DNA of 64,000 nt from Vulcanimicrobiota bacterium (GCA_963812135.1 CAWETU010000001.1:1056001-1120000), one strand, 5' to 3'. Counted from the stretch's first letter, positions 51,425 through 59,589 are shown. The notes: generated by a model not told the origin, from the sequence alone. Made by a program: numbers and translations.

Positions 51425-51985
51425 ATGAAGAAACGAGCAACCCTGGCCTGTGGCGCGATTGGCCTCTGCCTCGCGCTCGTCGGGTGCAACCCATTTCAAT
51501 CGGTCCAACTCGACCTCACGCCTAACCCGCTGATCGTCGGCCTTCTCGACACGCATGCGACGATCCATGCGCACGTGGTGACGCACGGCATCGGAACGGT
51601 GCCGTTCGACAACGTCCAGTTTGCAGTCTACAATGCGGACAATTCGCTCCTGCTGAGCACCAAAGAGAAGATCGACCAGAGCGGCCAGACGACGACGATG
51701 GATCGCGACTACACGATTCCCATCAACGGCGCGGCAGTCGCGCTGTCCGGCACGAAATACATCGAGGTGCGGATCTTCGATCCGAGCGGTAAGGAGCTCG
51801 CGGCCCGCAAGCTCGACCTCGTCGTCCACGTGCTCAACGGCGTCTCGATACCCGACATCCTGATGCCCAAGGGTTCGACGCCGGGCAACAGCCCTGCACC
51901 GGCGACGCCTCAACCAGCACCGGCGCCGACCGCTTCGCCGACACCCGCACCCGCGCAGAGCGCCGCACCAGCGCCAGGCCTCTAG
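51425..51985 (+). CDS. Hypothetical lipoprotein with Pro/Ala-rich tail
   Basis: MKKR..LVGC lipobox. Confidence 0.7.
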   Translation: MKKRATLACGAIGLCLALVGCNPFQSVQLDLTPNPLIVGLLDTHATIHAHVVTHGIGTVPFDNVQFAVYNADNSLLLSTKEKIDQSGQTTTMDRDYTIPINGAAVALSGTKYIEVRIFDPSGKELAARKLDLVVHVLNGVSIPDILMPKGSTPGNSPAPATPQPAPAPTASPTPAPAQSAAPAPGL

Positions 51986-52031
51986 CCGATCACGAGGTCG
52001 CCCTAGGCCCGGCTGCGAACGTCCGTACGAT

Positions 52032-52970
52032 ATGGCAGTTCGACGCCGGCGGCCAAGGCGTCGCCCGCGCCCGCGCCCGTTTCCGTGGCTTCCAACCGTC
52101 ATCATCGTGTTGCTCGTCGCCGGGTTGTGGTGGAGCGTCGGCGCGCTTAAGCGGCAGATCGCCGGCTATTATGAGACCGGTCCGCATGGACACCGGACGC
52201 CACAACGTGTGGCCGTGCAGCCGCATACGACCACGTCGCAGCACGCCGTTCCGGCAGCCGTGGCGCAGCGCCCGCTCGTCTCAGCGACCGGCGCGCTCGC
52301 GCCGATCCATCCGCCCCGGGTCGCGATCATCATCGACGACTGCGGCAACAATCTACCTAAAGATGAACAGTTTCTCGGCCTCCAGGCGCCGCTGACGCTC
52401 GCGATCTTGCCGCTGTCCGCACACGGCCGCGACATCGCGCAAGAGGCGCAGGCCGCTGGTAAGTCGATCATATTGCACTTGCCGATGCAACCCGTGTCCG
52501 CAGAATTCAATCCGGGTCCTGGAGCCATCACGACGGCGATGACCGACCGGCAGATCATGGCGCAGGTCGAGCAAGACTTGGAGTCGTTGCCGCCGGTGCC
52601 CGGCGCGAACAACCACATGGGCAGTCTTGGCACCAGCGACCCGCGCGTGATGCACGACGTGCTCGAAGTGTTCAAATCGAAGCGGCTGTTCTTCATCGAC
52701 TCGGAGACGTCCAATGCGAGTCTCGGCGCGCAGATGGCGCGCGAGGTCGGCGTGCAGACGGCGGCGCGAGACGTCTTCTTGGACAACGATGTCAATGAGC
52801 CCGCGATCGAGGCGCAGTTGCGCGAAACGCTCAAGGTCGCGCTGGCGCATGGACAGGCGATCGCGATCGGTCATCCCAACGCCGAGACGGCGCAGGCGCT
52901 CGCGGTCATGATTCCGCAGATGCAGGCCGCCGGCATCGAGTTCGTCCCCGCCGAAACACTCGTCAAGTAA
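52032..52970 (+). CDS. Divergent polysaccharide deacetylase family protein
   Basis: AIIIDDCG, HLPMQP, NNHMGS, FIDS.T, RDVFLD, AIGHP. Confidence 0.9.
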   Translation: MAVRRRRPRRRPRPRPFPWLPTVIIVLLVAGLWWSVGALKRQIAGYYETGPHGHRTPQRVAVQPHTTTSQHAVPAAVAQRPLVSATGALAPIHPPRVAIIIDDCGNNLPKDEQFLGLQAPLTLAILPLSAHGRDIAQEAQAAGKSIILHLPMQPVSAEFNPGPGAITTAMTDRQIMAQVEQDLESLPPVPGANNHMGSLGTSDPRVMHDVLEVFKSKRLFFIDSETSNASLGAQMAREVGVQTAARDVFLDNDVNEPAIEAQLRETLKVALAHGQAIAIGHPNAETAQALAVMIPQMQAAGIEFVPAETLVK

Positions 52971-53021
52971 CGGCCACCTCTCGGCCACATCTCGCTCATA
53001 TGACTTCGGCACACTGCCGCA

Positions 53022-53912
53022 ATGGCTGCCGGCCGCGTCATCCTCGCAGACCTGGGCGCTCCGCCGGACACCGCGGCGTTGGTCGCGTGCGACGATGCCG
53101 AGACGGCGCTGGCGATCGAACGAGTGCGAGCGCGGCTGCTGCGCTCACGAAAACGTTTGTTGCGAGGTTCGGGAGAACGCGCGGCGCTCGATTCGACGAT
53201 CGGGCAGCTGCGGCGGCTTCAAAATCCGCAGTTGGGCGCATATCGCAGCGGTTCGGTCATCGTGTTGTCGGAGCCGTTCAATGGGATCGGCAGCCCGATT
53301 GTCCAGGCGCCGTTCGAGCGGGCGTGCGTTGCAGTCAGCAAGCTGCTGCGCGGTACGGCGCCAGCGATGCTTGTCCATGCCTTGGCGCCATATGGCGAGC
53401 TTGCGTTGACGCAGGCGGTGGCGGCAGGCGTCAGCATCGCGCTTGTTCCCGAGGGGCAAGCATTCGCGAGTTTCTCGTCATCGGTCGCACGTTGCGCGCC
53501 GGCGATCGACGAGTGGCCCTCGCCGCCATCAGGCCTGTTTGTCGTTGACGAACGCCGGATCTTGCTGCGCGCACGCTCGCTGCGGATGACCGCGGCGCAC
53601 GAGTTCGCGCACGCGCTCGACGCGCTGCTCGCGCGCAAAAAGCGGTCGTATTTCTCATACGAAAGCGAAGAACTGCGTTATTACTTCGCGACTGCTACAG
53701 GTTGGGTCAACGAATATGCGGCGAGCAGCCTCGACGAGTATTTCGCGGAGAGCGTGCGAGCATATGTGGAAGTCAACGATGAACGCTGCGCTTGGCTGCC
53801 GTTAACCCGCCAGGACCTCTACTTGCGTGACCCGCGCATGTTTGGGCTCATCGAGCGCCTTTTCAAAAGTGGCTTCAAGGCCGCCGAGCGGCGCACATTA
53901 CACCGGTCATAA
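53022..53912 (+). CDS. Zinc metallopeptidase, anthrax lethal factor (ATLF)/Pro-Pro endopeptidase-like
   Basis: HEFAHALD followed by Y...S..EYFAES...Y. Confidence 0.7.
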   Translation: MAAGRVILADLGAPPDTAALVACDDAETALAIERVRARLLRSRKRLLRGSGERAALDSTIGQLRRLQNPQLGAYRSGSVIVLSEPFNGIGSPIVQAPFERACVAVSKLLRGTAPAMLVHALAPYGELALTQAVAAGVSIALVPEGQAFASFSSSVARCAPAIDEWPSPPSGLFVVDERRILLRARSLRMTAAHEFAHALDALLARKKRSYFSYESEELRYYFATATGWVNEYAASSLDEYFAESVRAYVEVNDERCAWLPLTRQDLYLRDPRMFGLIERLFKSGFKAAERRTLHRS

Positions 53913-53978
53913 AGGAACGGCATCGGACGAAGGGACGGCGACCTGGATTCCCGTAACCAAGCCGGGCGTTTTGGAGGG

Positions 53979-54539
53979 ATGATGATGAGACTAACGGTCA
54001 TCGTTTGGATAATGTTGCTCGCCGGGGTCTGCACGGCGACTGCCGTGGCTGCCACTCCTCCGGCCGTGGCTCCAAAGCCGATGCTTCAACTCAAAGCATC
54101 GCCGACGCCGACACCCACCCCGGCGTTGTACCAGGTCTTGAGATTCCAGATCATGACCGGCAGAGATGATCTGCGCGGCGACAGCGATTCATCGGCTGAC
54201 ATCTGGTACCAAGATGGCGCCAAAGATCATTGCACGCTCAAAGCGCAAAGCGACGGCGGCTGGCCCGTGGGCTCGATGCACACCGTCGATTGCCATCTGG
54301 TTAGAGCGCGGACCGTTGACCAGCTGCGCAAATCGTGGATCTGGGTCAATCTGCAATCACATTCGAGCTTCGGCGAGAGCCCGGACAATTGGAACGTCAA
54401 CGGAATGGAACTGCACGCCGTTCAGATCGGCGGCTCTGCCTCTCCCGGCTGCGTCTACCGCGCGTCAGGAAATCCGTTGTTCCGACTGACCGGCAGCGTT
54501 CCAAAAGTGAACATCATGACATTCTATCACTATTGCTGA
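53979..54539 (+). CDS. Secreted hypothetical protein
   Basis: Signal peptide, PTPTPTP linker, TG.DDLRG motif; GGAGG RBS. Confidence 0.7.
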   Translation: MMMRLTVIVWIMLLAGVCTATAVAATPPAVAPKPMLQLKASPTPTPTPALYQVLRFQIMTGRDDLRGDSDSSADIWYQDGAKDHCTLKAQSDGGWPVGSMHTVDCHLVRARTVDQLRKSWIWVNLQSHSSFGESPDNWNVNGMELHAVQIGGSASPGCVYRASGNPLFRLTGSVPKVNIMTFYHYC

Positions 54540-54557
54540 CGCCGAAGGAGCAGACAG

Positions 54558-55088
54558 ATGAAGAGCCTTAGGCTGCTCGCCGCGTTTCTTGTTGTGATCG
54601 CCGCCGCCTCGGTGATCGGATGCACGTCGTCGTCGCGCAATGCTCCGAGCACCTCGCCGAGCGTGGCGCCGGGCGCGACCGCTGCGCCGGCGGCGGTCAT
54701 CAGCGCATGCGATCTTTTCACACCGGCGATCGCGAAACAGTTCCTCGGGCCAAACGCGAAGCAGACCATCAACGCGCAGCCGAATAAGTACATGACGCAT
54801 TGCCAATACACCAGCGACCGAGGTTTTATCAGCGTGATGGTTGGCAGCCGTTGGGACATGATCAGCGTCGGCCAGGAGAACGTTCCGGGAGAAAAGCCGA
54901 TGGCGGGCCTCGGCGACGAGGCCCACATCAACCCGACGAATCTGCGCGTTCGAAAAGGAACGGTCGGAATGAGCATTACCGCGACTGGACCGGCGGGCGA
55001 ATATCAGGGAGCGGCCGCCGACGCGCAACTCGCGCAAGGCGAAGCGTTGTCGGTCAAGGTCGCAAAGGCGCTCCTGCCGCGCCTCTGA
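54558..55088 (+). CDS. Hypothetical lipoprotein (DUF3558-like)
   Basis: Lipobox VIGC; AC.L.T......LG, C.Y, GLGDEA. Confidence 0.65.
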   Translation: MKSLRLLAAFLVVIAAASVIGCTSSSRNAPSTSPSVAPGATAAPAAVISACDLFTPAIAKQFLGPNAKQTINAQPNKYMTHCQYTSDRGFISVMVGSRWDMISVGQENVPGEKPMAGLGDEAHINPTNLRVRKGTVGMSITATGPAGEYQGAAADAQLAQGEALSVKVAKALLPRL

Positions 55089-55092
55089 CGTC

Positions 55093-55551
55093 CTAGCCGG
55101 CTGAGGGTAACGCGCGCACGTCGGGTTCGACCCAGCGTGCGCGTGCGCGTTCGGAAAAGAGAACGCTTGCCGAGTAGAAGCGCAGCGGCAGATCTTTGTC
55201 CAGCAATCGAGCGTCAAGTTTGAGGAGCTCGTCGAACGTCGCCTCCACGTGACGGGTGGCGTGCGCTGCGACGAGCTTGACCCACAGGACGGTCAGCGTG
55301 TGGTGGAACTTCGACGCGTGGCCGTGCAGCGACGCAAAGTGCTGTATCGTCTCGAGCATCGCTCGCTCGGCGTCCGTCACGCCGCGTTGCCGCACGTAAA
55401 GCCACGCCGCCCTGAGATGATCGCGATGATGGAATGCGTGGTTCGGGATCGCACCCGTCTCGAGGGCATGCAAGAAACCGTCGTCGGAGTGGTCCACGTT
55501 CAACCTCGCTTGGCTTGCCTTTTCGCGAAATGCCTGGCCATCGGTTTCCAA
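55093..55551 (-). CDS. Conserved hypothetical protein
   Basis: FHHRDHLRAAW, FHHTLT..W, YS..LFS..AR..WVEPD; start may be downstream. Confidence 0.7.
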   Translation of the reverse strand: METDGQAFREKASQARLNVDHSDDGFLHALETGAIPNHAFHHRDHLRAAWLYVRQRGVTDAERAMLETIQHFASLHGHASKFHHTLTVLWVKLVAAHATRHVEATFDELLKLDARLLDKDLPLRFYSASVLFSERARARWVEPDVRALPSAG

Positions 55552-55916
55552 TAGCTCGTATGCCAGCCGCTCCTGAATCCCTTGGCCAGCGATGCGGTCG
55601 GGATACCGGCGTGGATCATCGTCAGCTCAGTTCCCTTGCCTTTCGGCTTAAGGCGGATATCGAGGATCGATTCCGGGCGGCCTTTCGGCCACGTTTGGGA
55701 TTTCCACGTCTGGACGATGCGTTTTCCGGGCACCAACAGCAACATCACTCCCGATACATAGCCATTCCACGCGCTCATCTTGCCGCCACGCTTTTTCACG
55801 AGCTTCGCCTTGGCACCGGTGAACGCGGCGTGCTTTTTCGCATCGGCGTAGGCGCCATACACGACGCGCGGCGGAGCATCGAAGGTCACGGTCTGCTCGA
55901 TGGTCTTCGTTTTCAC
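55500..55916 (-). CDS. SRPBCC/AHSA1-domain protein
   Basis: F.APP..VY, PGKRIVQTW, GTELTMIH, GW...YW; GAGGAG before the GTG start. Confidence 0.8.
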   Translation of the reverse strand: MKTKTIEQTVTFDAPPRVVYGAYADAKKHAAFTGAKAKLVKKRGGKMSAWNGYVSGVMLLLVPGKRIVQTWKSQTWPKGRPESILDIRLKPKGKGTELTMIHAGIPTASLAKGFRSGWHTSYWKPMARHFAKRQAKRG

Positions 55917-55926
55917 GACGGTCTCC

Positions 55927-56325
55927 TCAGGCGAGAAAATGATATGCGATGAGCAACGCGAGTAAACTCCAGTTAACCACGTGACCGGTCCAACAGAACA
56001 GGCACGGCATGCGGGTGATGAAGAGCAAGCTGTACGCGAGGAATACGGAGAACGCAGCGGCGGCGATCGCCGCGGCCAGGGCGATGTCGTATACGAGGGG
56101 GGTGGCCAGCAGCCACGCCGCGATGCCGAGCAGCACGTAGTACGAGATGCCGAACGCGGAGTTCGGGATCCCAGCAACGGCGCGCGCTTGCGGGCGCGTG
56201 ACCACGCTCGGCTCGTCGAGTTCGCCGCGCGCGAAGCGATTGGCTTTGCTTTGCATGAACGACGCCGCATATAAACCGATGAGACATAGCACGTCGATGC
56301 TCAGCGGGAAGAGGAGCCGAGTCAC
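55927..56325 (-). CDS. Vitamin K epoxide reductase (VKOR) family protein
   Basis: GIPN..FG..YY, CLFC at the start of the last TM, H..N. Confidence 0.75.
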   Translation of the reverse strand: MTRLLFPLSIDVLCLIGLYAASFMQSKANRFARGELDEPSVVTRPQARAVAGIPNSAFGISYYVLLGIAAWLLATPLVYDIALAAAIAAAAFSVFLAYSLLFITRMPCLFCWTGHVVNWSLLALLIAYHFLA

Positions 56326-57158
56326 ACGCCGACGTTGAAATCGCGCAGCGCGGCGTTGAGCGACGTTTTTTTGTCGGTCGATTCAGAACGCTCGCCGATG
56401 ATCAGCGCGCAGGGCGTGCCGAACAATCCACCCGGAAAGGTCTTGGATTGCATGCCGGGGATCACGACGGCTCGCTCGGGTACTTCGCCCTTGTACACTT
56501 TCGCCGGCTGTTGCATGACATCGATGATCGGCGTCGAGGCGGTGAGCACCGTGCCCGCGCCCAAGACCGCTTCCTTGCCGACGTACACGCCTTCGACCAC
56601 CACGCAGCGCGATCCGATGAAAGCGCCATCGTCGATGATCACCGGCCGCGCGCTCGGCGGTTCCAGCACGCCACCGATGCCGACGCCGCCCGACAAGTGC
56701 ACGTTCGTGCCGATCTGCGCGCAGCTACCGACGGTCGCCCACGTGTCGACCATCGTCCCTTCGCCCACATATGCGCCGATGTTGATAAACGACGGCATCA
56801 ACACGGTGTTTGCCGCGAGATACGCGCCGAAACGCACGGCTGCAGGCGGCACGATGCGGATGCTCGTGCGGTTCTCCCACATCGATTTGAGCGGGATCTT
56901 GTCGTAGAAGCGCATCGGCCCGGCTTCGCTCGGCTCGGCGTTGTGAGCCGCGAAATACAATTCGATGGCCTGCTTGACCCAGTCGTTGACCACCCATCCG
57001 TTGTCGGTGGGTTCGGCCGCGCGCAACCAGCCGTTGTCGAGCGCACCGACGGTTCTTTCGACGGCTTTACGCACCGGCGCCGTCGAGAGCAGCGCGCGAT
57101 CTTCGTACGCCGCATGAATAGTCGCCGCGAGTTGTTCGCGATCGAGATTGACTGCCAT
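56322..57158 (-). CDS. dapD: Tetrahydrodipicolinate N-succinyltransferase
   Basis: W.VN.WVKQAI, DKIPLK, TMVDTWATVGSCAQIG, GGVLEP. Confidence 0.95.
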   Translation of the reverse strand: MAVNLDREQLAATIHAAYEDRALLSTAPVRKAVERTVGALDNGWLRAAEPTDNGWVVNDWVKQAIELYFAAHNAEPSEAGPMRFYDKIPLKSMWENRTSIRIVPPAAVRFGAYLAANTVLMPSFINIGAYVGEGTMVDTWATVGSCAQIGTNVHLSGGVGIGGVLEPPSARPVIIDDGAFIGSRCVVVEGVYVGKEAVLGAGTVLTASTPIIDVMQQPAKVYKGEVPERAVVIPGMQSKTFPGGLFGTPCALIIGERSESTDKKTSLNAALRDFNVGV

Positions 57159-57207
57159 CGGATGAGAGGTTAGCGGCACACGCCCCCGGGGCCTCGTCCC
57201 GCGCTCG

Positions 57208-57237
57208 TTGACACCCCTCGCGAACGCATAGTATAAT
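57208..57237 (+). promoter_or_regulatory. Consensus sigma70 promoter for tRNA-Gln/tRNA-Glu
   Basis: TTGACA-N18-TATAAT ending 16 bp before tRNA-Gln. Confidence 0.85.
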
Positions 57238-57253
57238 TTGTATTCGCGTTCGT

Positions 57254-57329
57254 TCCCGGGTGGTGTAACTGGTAACACGCCTGACTCTGAATCAGGAGAC
57301 TCGAGGTTCGAAACCTTGCCCGGGAGCCA
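57254..57329 (+). tRNA. tRNA-Gln (anticodon CTG)
   Basis: TCCCGGG/CCCGGGA acceptor, CCTGA-CTCTGAA-TCAGG anticodon arm, GGTTCGAAACC, encoded CCA. Confidence 0.95.
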
Positions 57330-57371
57330 TCCTCCTCAGAACGCGTGGGTCGATTATTGTCGACCGCTCAT

Positions 57372-57447
57372 GGCCCCATCGTCTAGAGGCCTAGGACGCC
57401 GCCCTCTCAAGGCGGAGACAGGGATTCGAATTCCCTTGGGGCTACCA
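57372..57447 (+). tRNA. tRNA-Glu (anticodon CTC)
   Basis: GGCCCCA/TGGGGCT acceptor, CCGCC-CTCTCAA-GGCGG anticodon arm, encoded CCA. Confidence 0.95.
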
Positions 57448-57481
57448 CTTGCAGATAACGAATCGAATGGCGAAATAGAAC

Positions 57482-57781
57482 ATGCGCACTTTCGATTTAT
57501 TCCTCGCGGCTGTGCTTACCCTGGTCGTCGTCCTCACCGCGGTGAACTATTTCTATTATCAGCATGAGATAGAGATGATCAATCGGGCGATCATAGCACT
57601 CGATCCCACCCATCCGCCGACTCCAGCAGACGAGGCAATGCTCGAGAAGATGGTTCGGGAGCATAGGAATGTACCGGGCGAGTATCGTTGGCTCTTTGGG
57701 CGTGAGGCAATTATCGTTTTCCTGGCGCTTGGGGCTATCGCCCCTCGGGTCCGCCTGAAGCAGCGCACGGCTACTACCTAA
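57482..57781 (+). CDS. Small 2-TM hypothetical protein (cassette 1)
   Basis: 99-aa ORF with two hydrophobic segments filling the space between tRNA-Glu and the first repeat. Confidence 0.6.
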   Translation: MRTFDLFLAAVLTLVVVLTAVNYFYYQHEIEMINRAIIALDPTHPPTPADEAMLEKMVREHRNVPGEYRWLFGREAIIVFLALGAIAPRVRLKQRTATT

Positions 57782-57846
57782 ACTCTAGACATCTTATATA
57801 GAAGGGGTGGGACTCTTCGGAAAACGTCCCACCATGGGGCCGCCGA

Positions 57847-57893
57847 GCCCTCTCAAGGCGGAGACAGGGATTCGAATTTCCTTGGGGCTACCA
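57847..57893 (+). repeat. Direct repeat of the tRNA-Glu 3' half (att-like), copy 1
   Basis: 46/47 identical to 57401-57447 (GCCCTCTCAAGGCGG...GGGGCTACCA). Confidence 0.93.
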
Positions 57894-57899
57894 ATCCGA

Positions 57900-58250
57900 A
57901 TGCCTGCTTCTCAGATTGCAGCGGTCAAGTGGACTCTGCGAGTCCTCGTTGCGGTTGCCGCGCCTATTTTAGCGTACTTCCTAACGTGGTATGTTGCAGG
58001 CTTTACGATCAGTCCGAATATGGCGCCTCCCGGTCAACCCGAGTTCAGGGAGGGCACACCCGCCACTATCTTTGTATACGCCACCCTCTTCCCGTTTACG
58101 TTGGTTGCCTTTCTCGTCTTTGGGCTTCAGGTGGTGAGCCGGAAACCGTGGACTCCGCAATCAATCTTGTTGAGCATTTTTCTCCCGTTCTGCGCGGTCG
58201 GATTTTTCTGGCTTTTCTTATACCTCGCGTACCACGCAAGAATGTTCTAG
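57900..58250 (+). CDS. Small 3-TM hypothetical protein (cassette 2)
   Basis: ORF from ATG at 57900 (or GTG at 57929 region) with three hydrophobic segments between the two repeats. Confidence 0.6.
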   Translation: MPASQIAAVKWTLRVLVAVAAPILAYFLTWYVAGFTISPNMAPPGQPEFREGTPATIFVYATLFPFTLVAFLVFGLQVVSRKPWTPQSILLSIFLPFCAVGFFWLFLYLAYHARMF

Positions 58251-58321
58251 GTCCAAACCCCACCCAATAGGTAGAGTGGGGACAGGCTCTAAACCTTATG
58301 ATACGGAGCCCGCTTGGCACT

Positions 58322-58366
58322 TCTCAAGGCGGAGAACGGGGATTTCAATTCCCCTGGGGGCTACCA
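58322..58366 (+). repeat. Degenerate direct repeat of the tRNA-Glu 3' half, copy 2
   Basis: TCTCAAGGCGGAGA (14 identical nt), then GGGGATTTCAATTCCCC and GGGGCTACCA. Confidence 0.85.
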
Positions 58367-58417
58367 ACTGCCAATTCCCGCCAGGGTTTTGGCTCTTTCT
58401 ATAGCGTAGATTTTCAA

Positions 58418-58942
58418 ATGGACAAAGCGAGTCGTTTAGAAGAACGCCGCAAACTGTTTGAGGAACACGGTCACCTTTCGTACTTGGCAGAAGTGCAAAA
58501 ACGCGAGGGCGGGTTCGGCGTGGTGGTGCGTGCGGTCTCGCAGGTTGAAGAATTACTCGACGTTGCTCTTAAGAAGCACGAGAAGTGGAGCGTTGTCAAA
58601 GACCTTGCCGAGGACGTAGATAGCAAGATTCGTTTGGCGCGGGCGTTGGACATAATTGACTCTGACATGTACGCAGTCATGCAAGCACTGAGGCGTCTTC
58701 GCAATGAAGTTTCACACGAATGGAATGCCGTCGTTGACGAAAAACGAGTAAACGAATTAATGAACGCTATTCCATCCCACGTAAGAGACAGCACTAAACA
58801 ATTAGTGGGAGTCCTCCAGCGGCTTCCTCTTAGTGAGGAGGATAAAAGGGAACTTTGGTTAGTCGAATTGATGATTGTTGTGGCGACGGCGGTCATGACC
58901 GTAAACGGGAAATGGCTCCCGCTGGGGCCTGCGGTCACTTAA
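58418..58942 (+). CDS. HEPN-superfamily (MtlR-like) protein
   Basis: KI.LA.AL.II...Y.....LRRLRNEVSH (RxxxxH); AT-rich (23/60 GC in 58741-58800). Confidence 0.65.
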   Translation: MDKASRLEERRKLFEEHGHLSYLAEVQKREGGFGVVVRAVSQVEELLDVALKKHEKWSVVKDLAEDVDSKIRLARALDIIDSDMYAVMQALRRLRNEVSHEWNAVVDEKRVNELMNAIPSHVRDSTKQLVGVLQRLPLSEEDKRELWLVELMIVVATAVMTVNGKWLPLGPAVT

Positions 58943-58997
58943 AGATTGCAGAAGATGAAGCGAGAGGTGCCTGCTTGTACGTCGCCTCAGAATTGAG

Positions 58998-59213
58998 CTA
59001 GTAGCCTTCCGGCTCGTCTCCCTCTGGGTCGAGGTCGGCTTCGAGTGCATCGGGATTGTTCGCGTTCGGGTTCGCCGTTCGGCTCGAGGGCGAGCCCTGG
59101 CTTGGATTGACCCTGTCATACACGACGGACGCGGCGCTGCTCAGGACTCGAGCCGCACCCCAAGCCAACGCGATGATGATCGCGAAGAAGAGGAGACCCA
59201 TAAGTAGGCCCAT
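58998..59213 (-). CDS. Small hypothetical protein (N-terminal TM, acidic tail)
   Basis: 71-aa ORF abutting the stop of the DUF1801 gene. Confidence 0.45.
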   Translation of the reverse strand: MGLLMGLLFFAIIIALAWGAARVLSSAASVVYDRVNPSQGSPSSRTANPNANNPDALEADLDPEGDEPEGY

Positions 59214-59214
59214 T

Positions 59215-59589
59215 TCATTTACGCGTGCGTTTTTCGTTCTGCGCGACGCGCGCCTTCACTAGCTTCTTCACAAGAGTGGCAGATAAGGGCTTGTCCACGG
59301 GAAAGCGGATCGTGCCCTTCGATGAGTCGAGGTTCTTGAGATCCTTCTTGAACTTTCTCATGACGGCCATGCTCATCGGGAAGAAACTGCAATGGTGCGT
59401 AAACGCGGCGAATGCCACCAGCCCCCCTTTGTATCGAAAGGTTGGGATCTGATAGCTGATAGTCTCCGTTGCTTCCTTTGGCGCGGCGGACCTGATCGCC
59501 ACACGAATCTTCTTTAGAGTGCCGCGGGCCGGTTCCGGAACCCCCGCGATGTACTGGTCGACTCCGGATTTCGTATTTTTCTTGCGCAT
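59215..59589 (-). CDS. DUF1801/YdhG-like protein
   Basis: VD.YI, R.AI...AP.A.E.ISYQIP, SKGTIRFP. Confidence 0.82.
   Translation of the reverse strand: MRKKNTKSGVDQYIAGVPEPARGTLKKIRVAIRSAAPKEATETISYQIPTFRYKGGLVAFAAFTHHCSFFPMSMAVMRKFKKDLKNLDSSKGTIRFPVDKPLSATLVKKLVKARVAQNEKRTRK

Noticed and set aside
57401..58366. Three spaced direct repeats as a CRISPR array
   Set aside because: The repeats are tRNA 3' halves, the spacers are about 400 bp and protein-coding, and there are no cas genes.
57807..58417. N-terminal parts of track ORFs 57807-58250 and 58298-58942
   Set aside because: They are translations of the tRNA-derived repeats. More plausible starts are 57900 and 58418.
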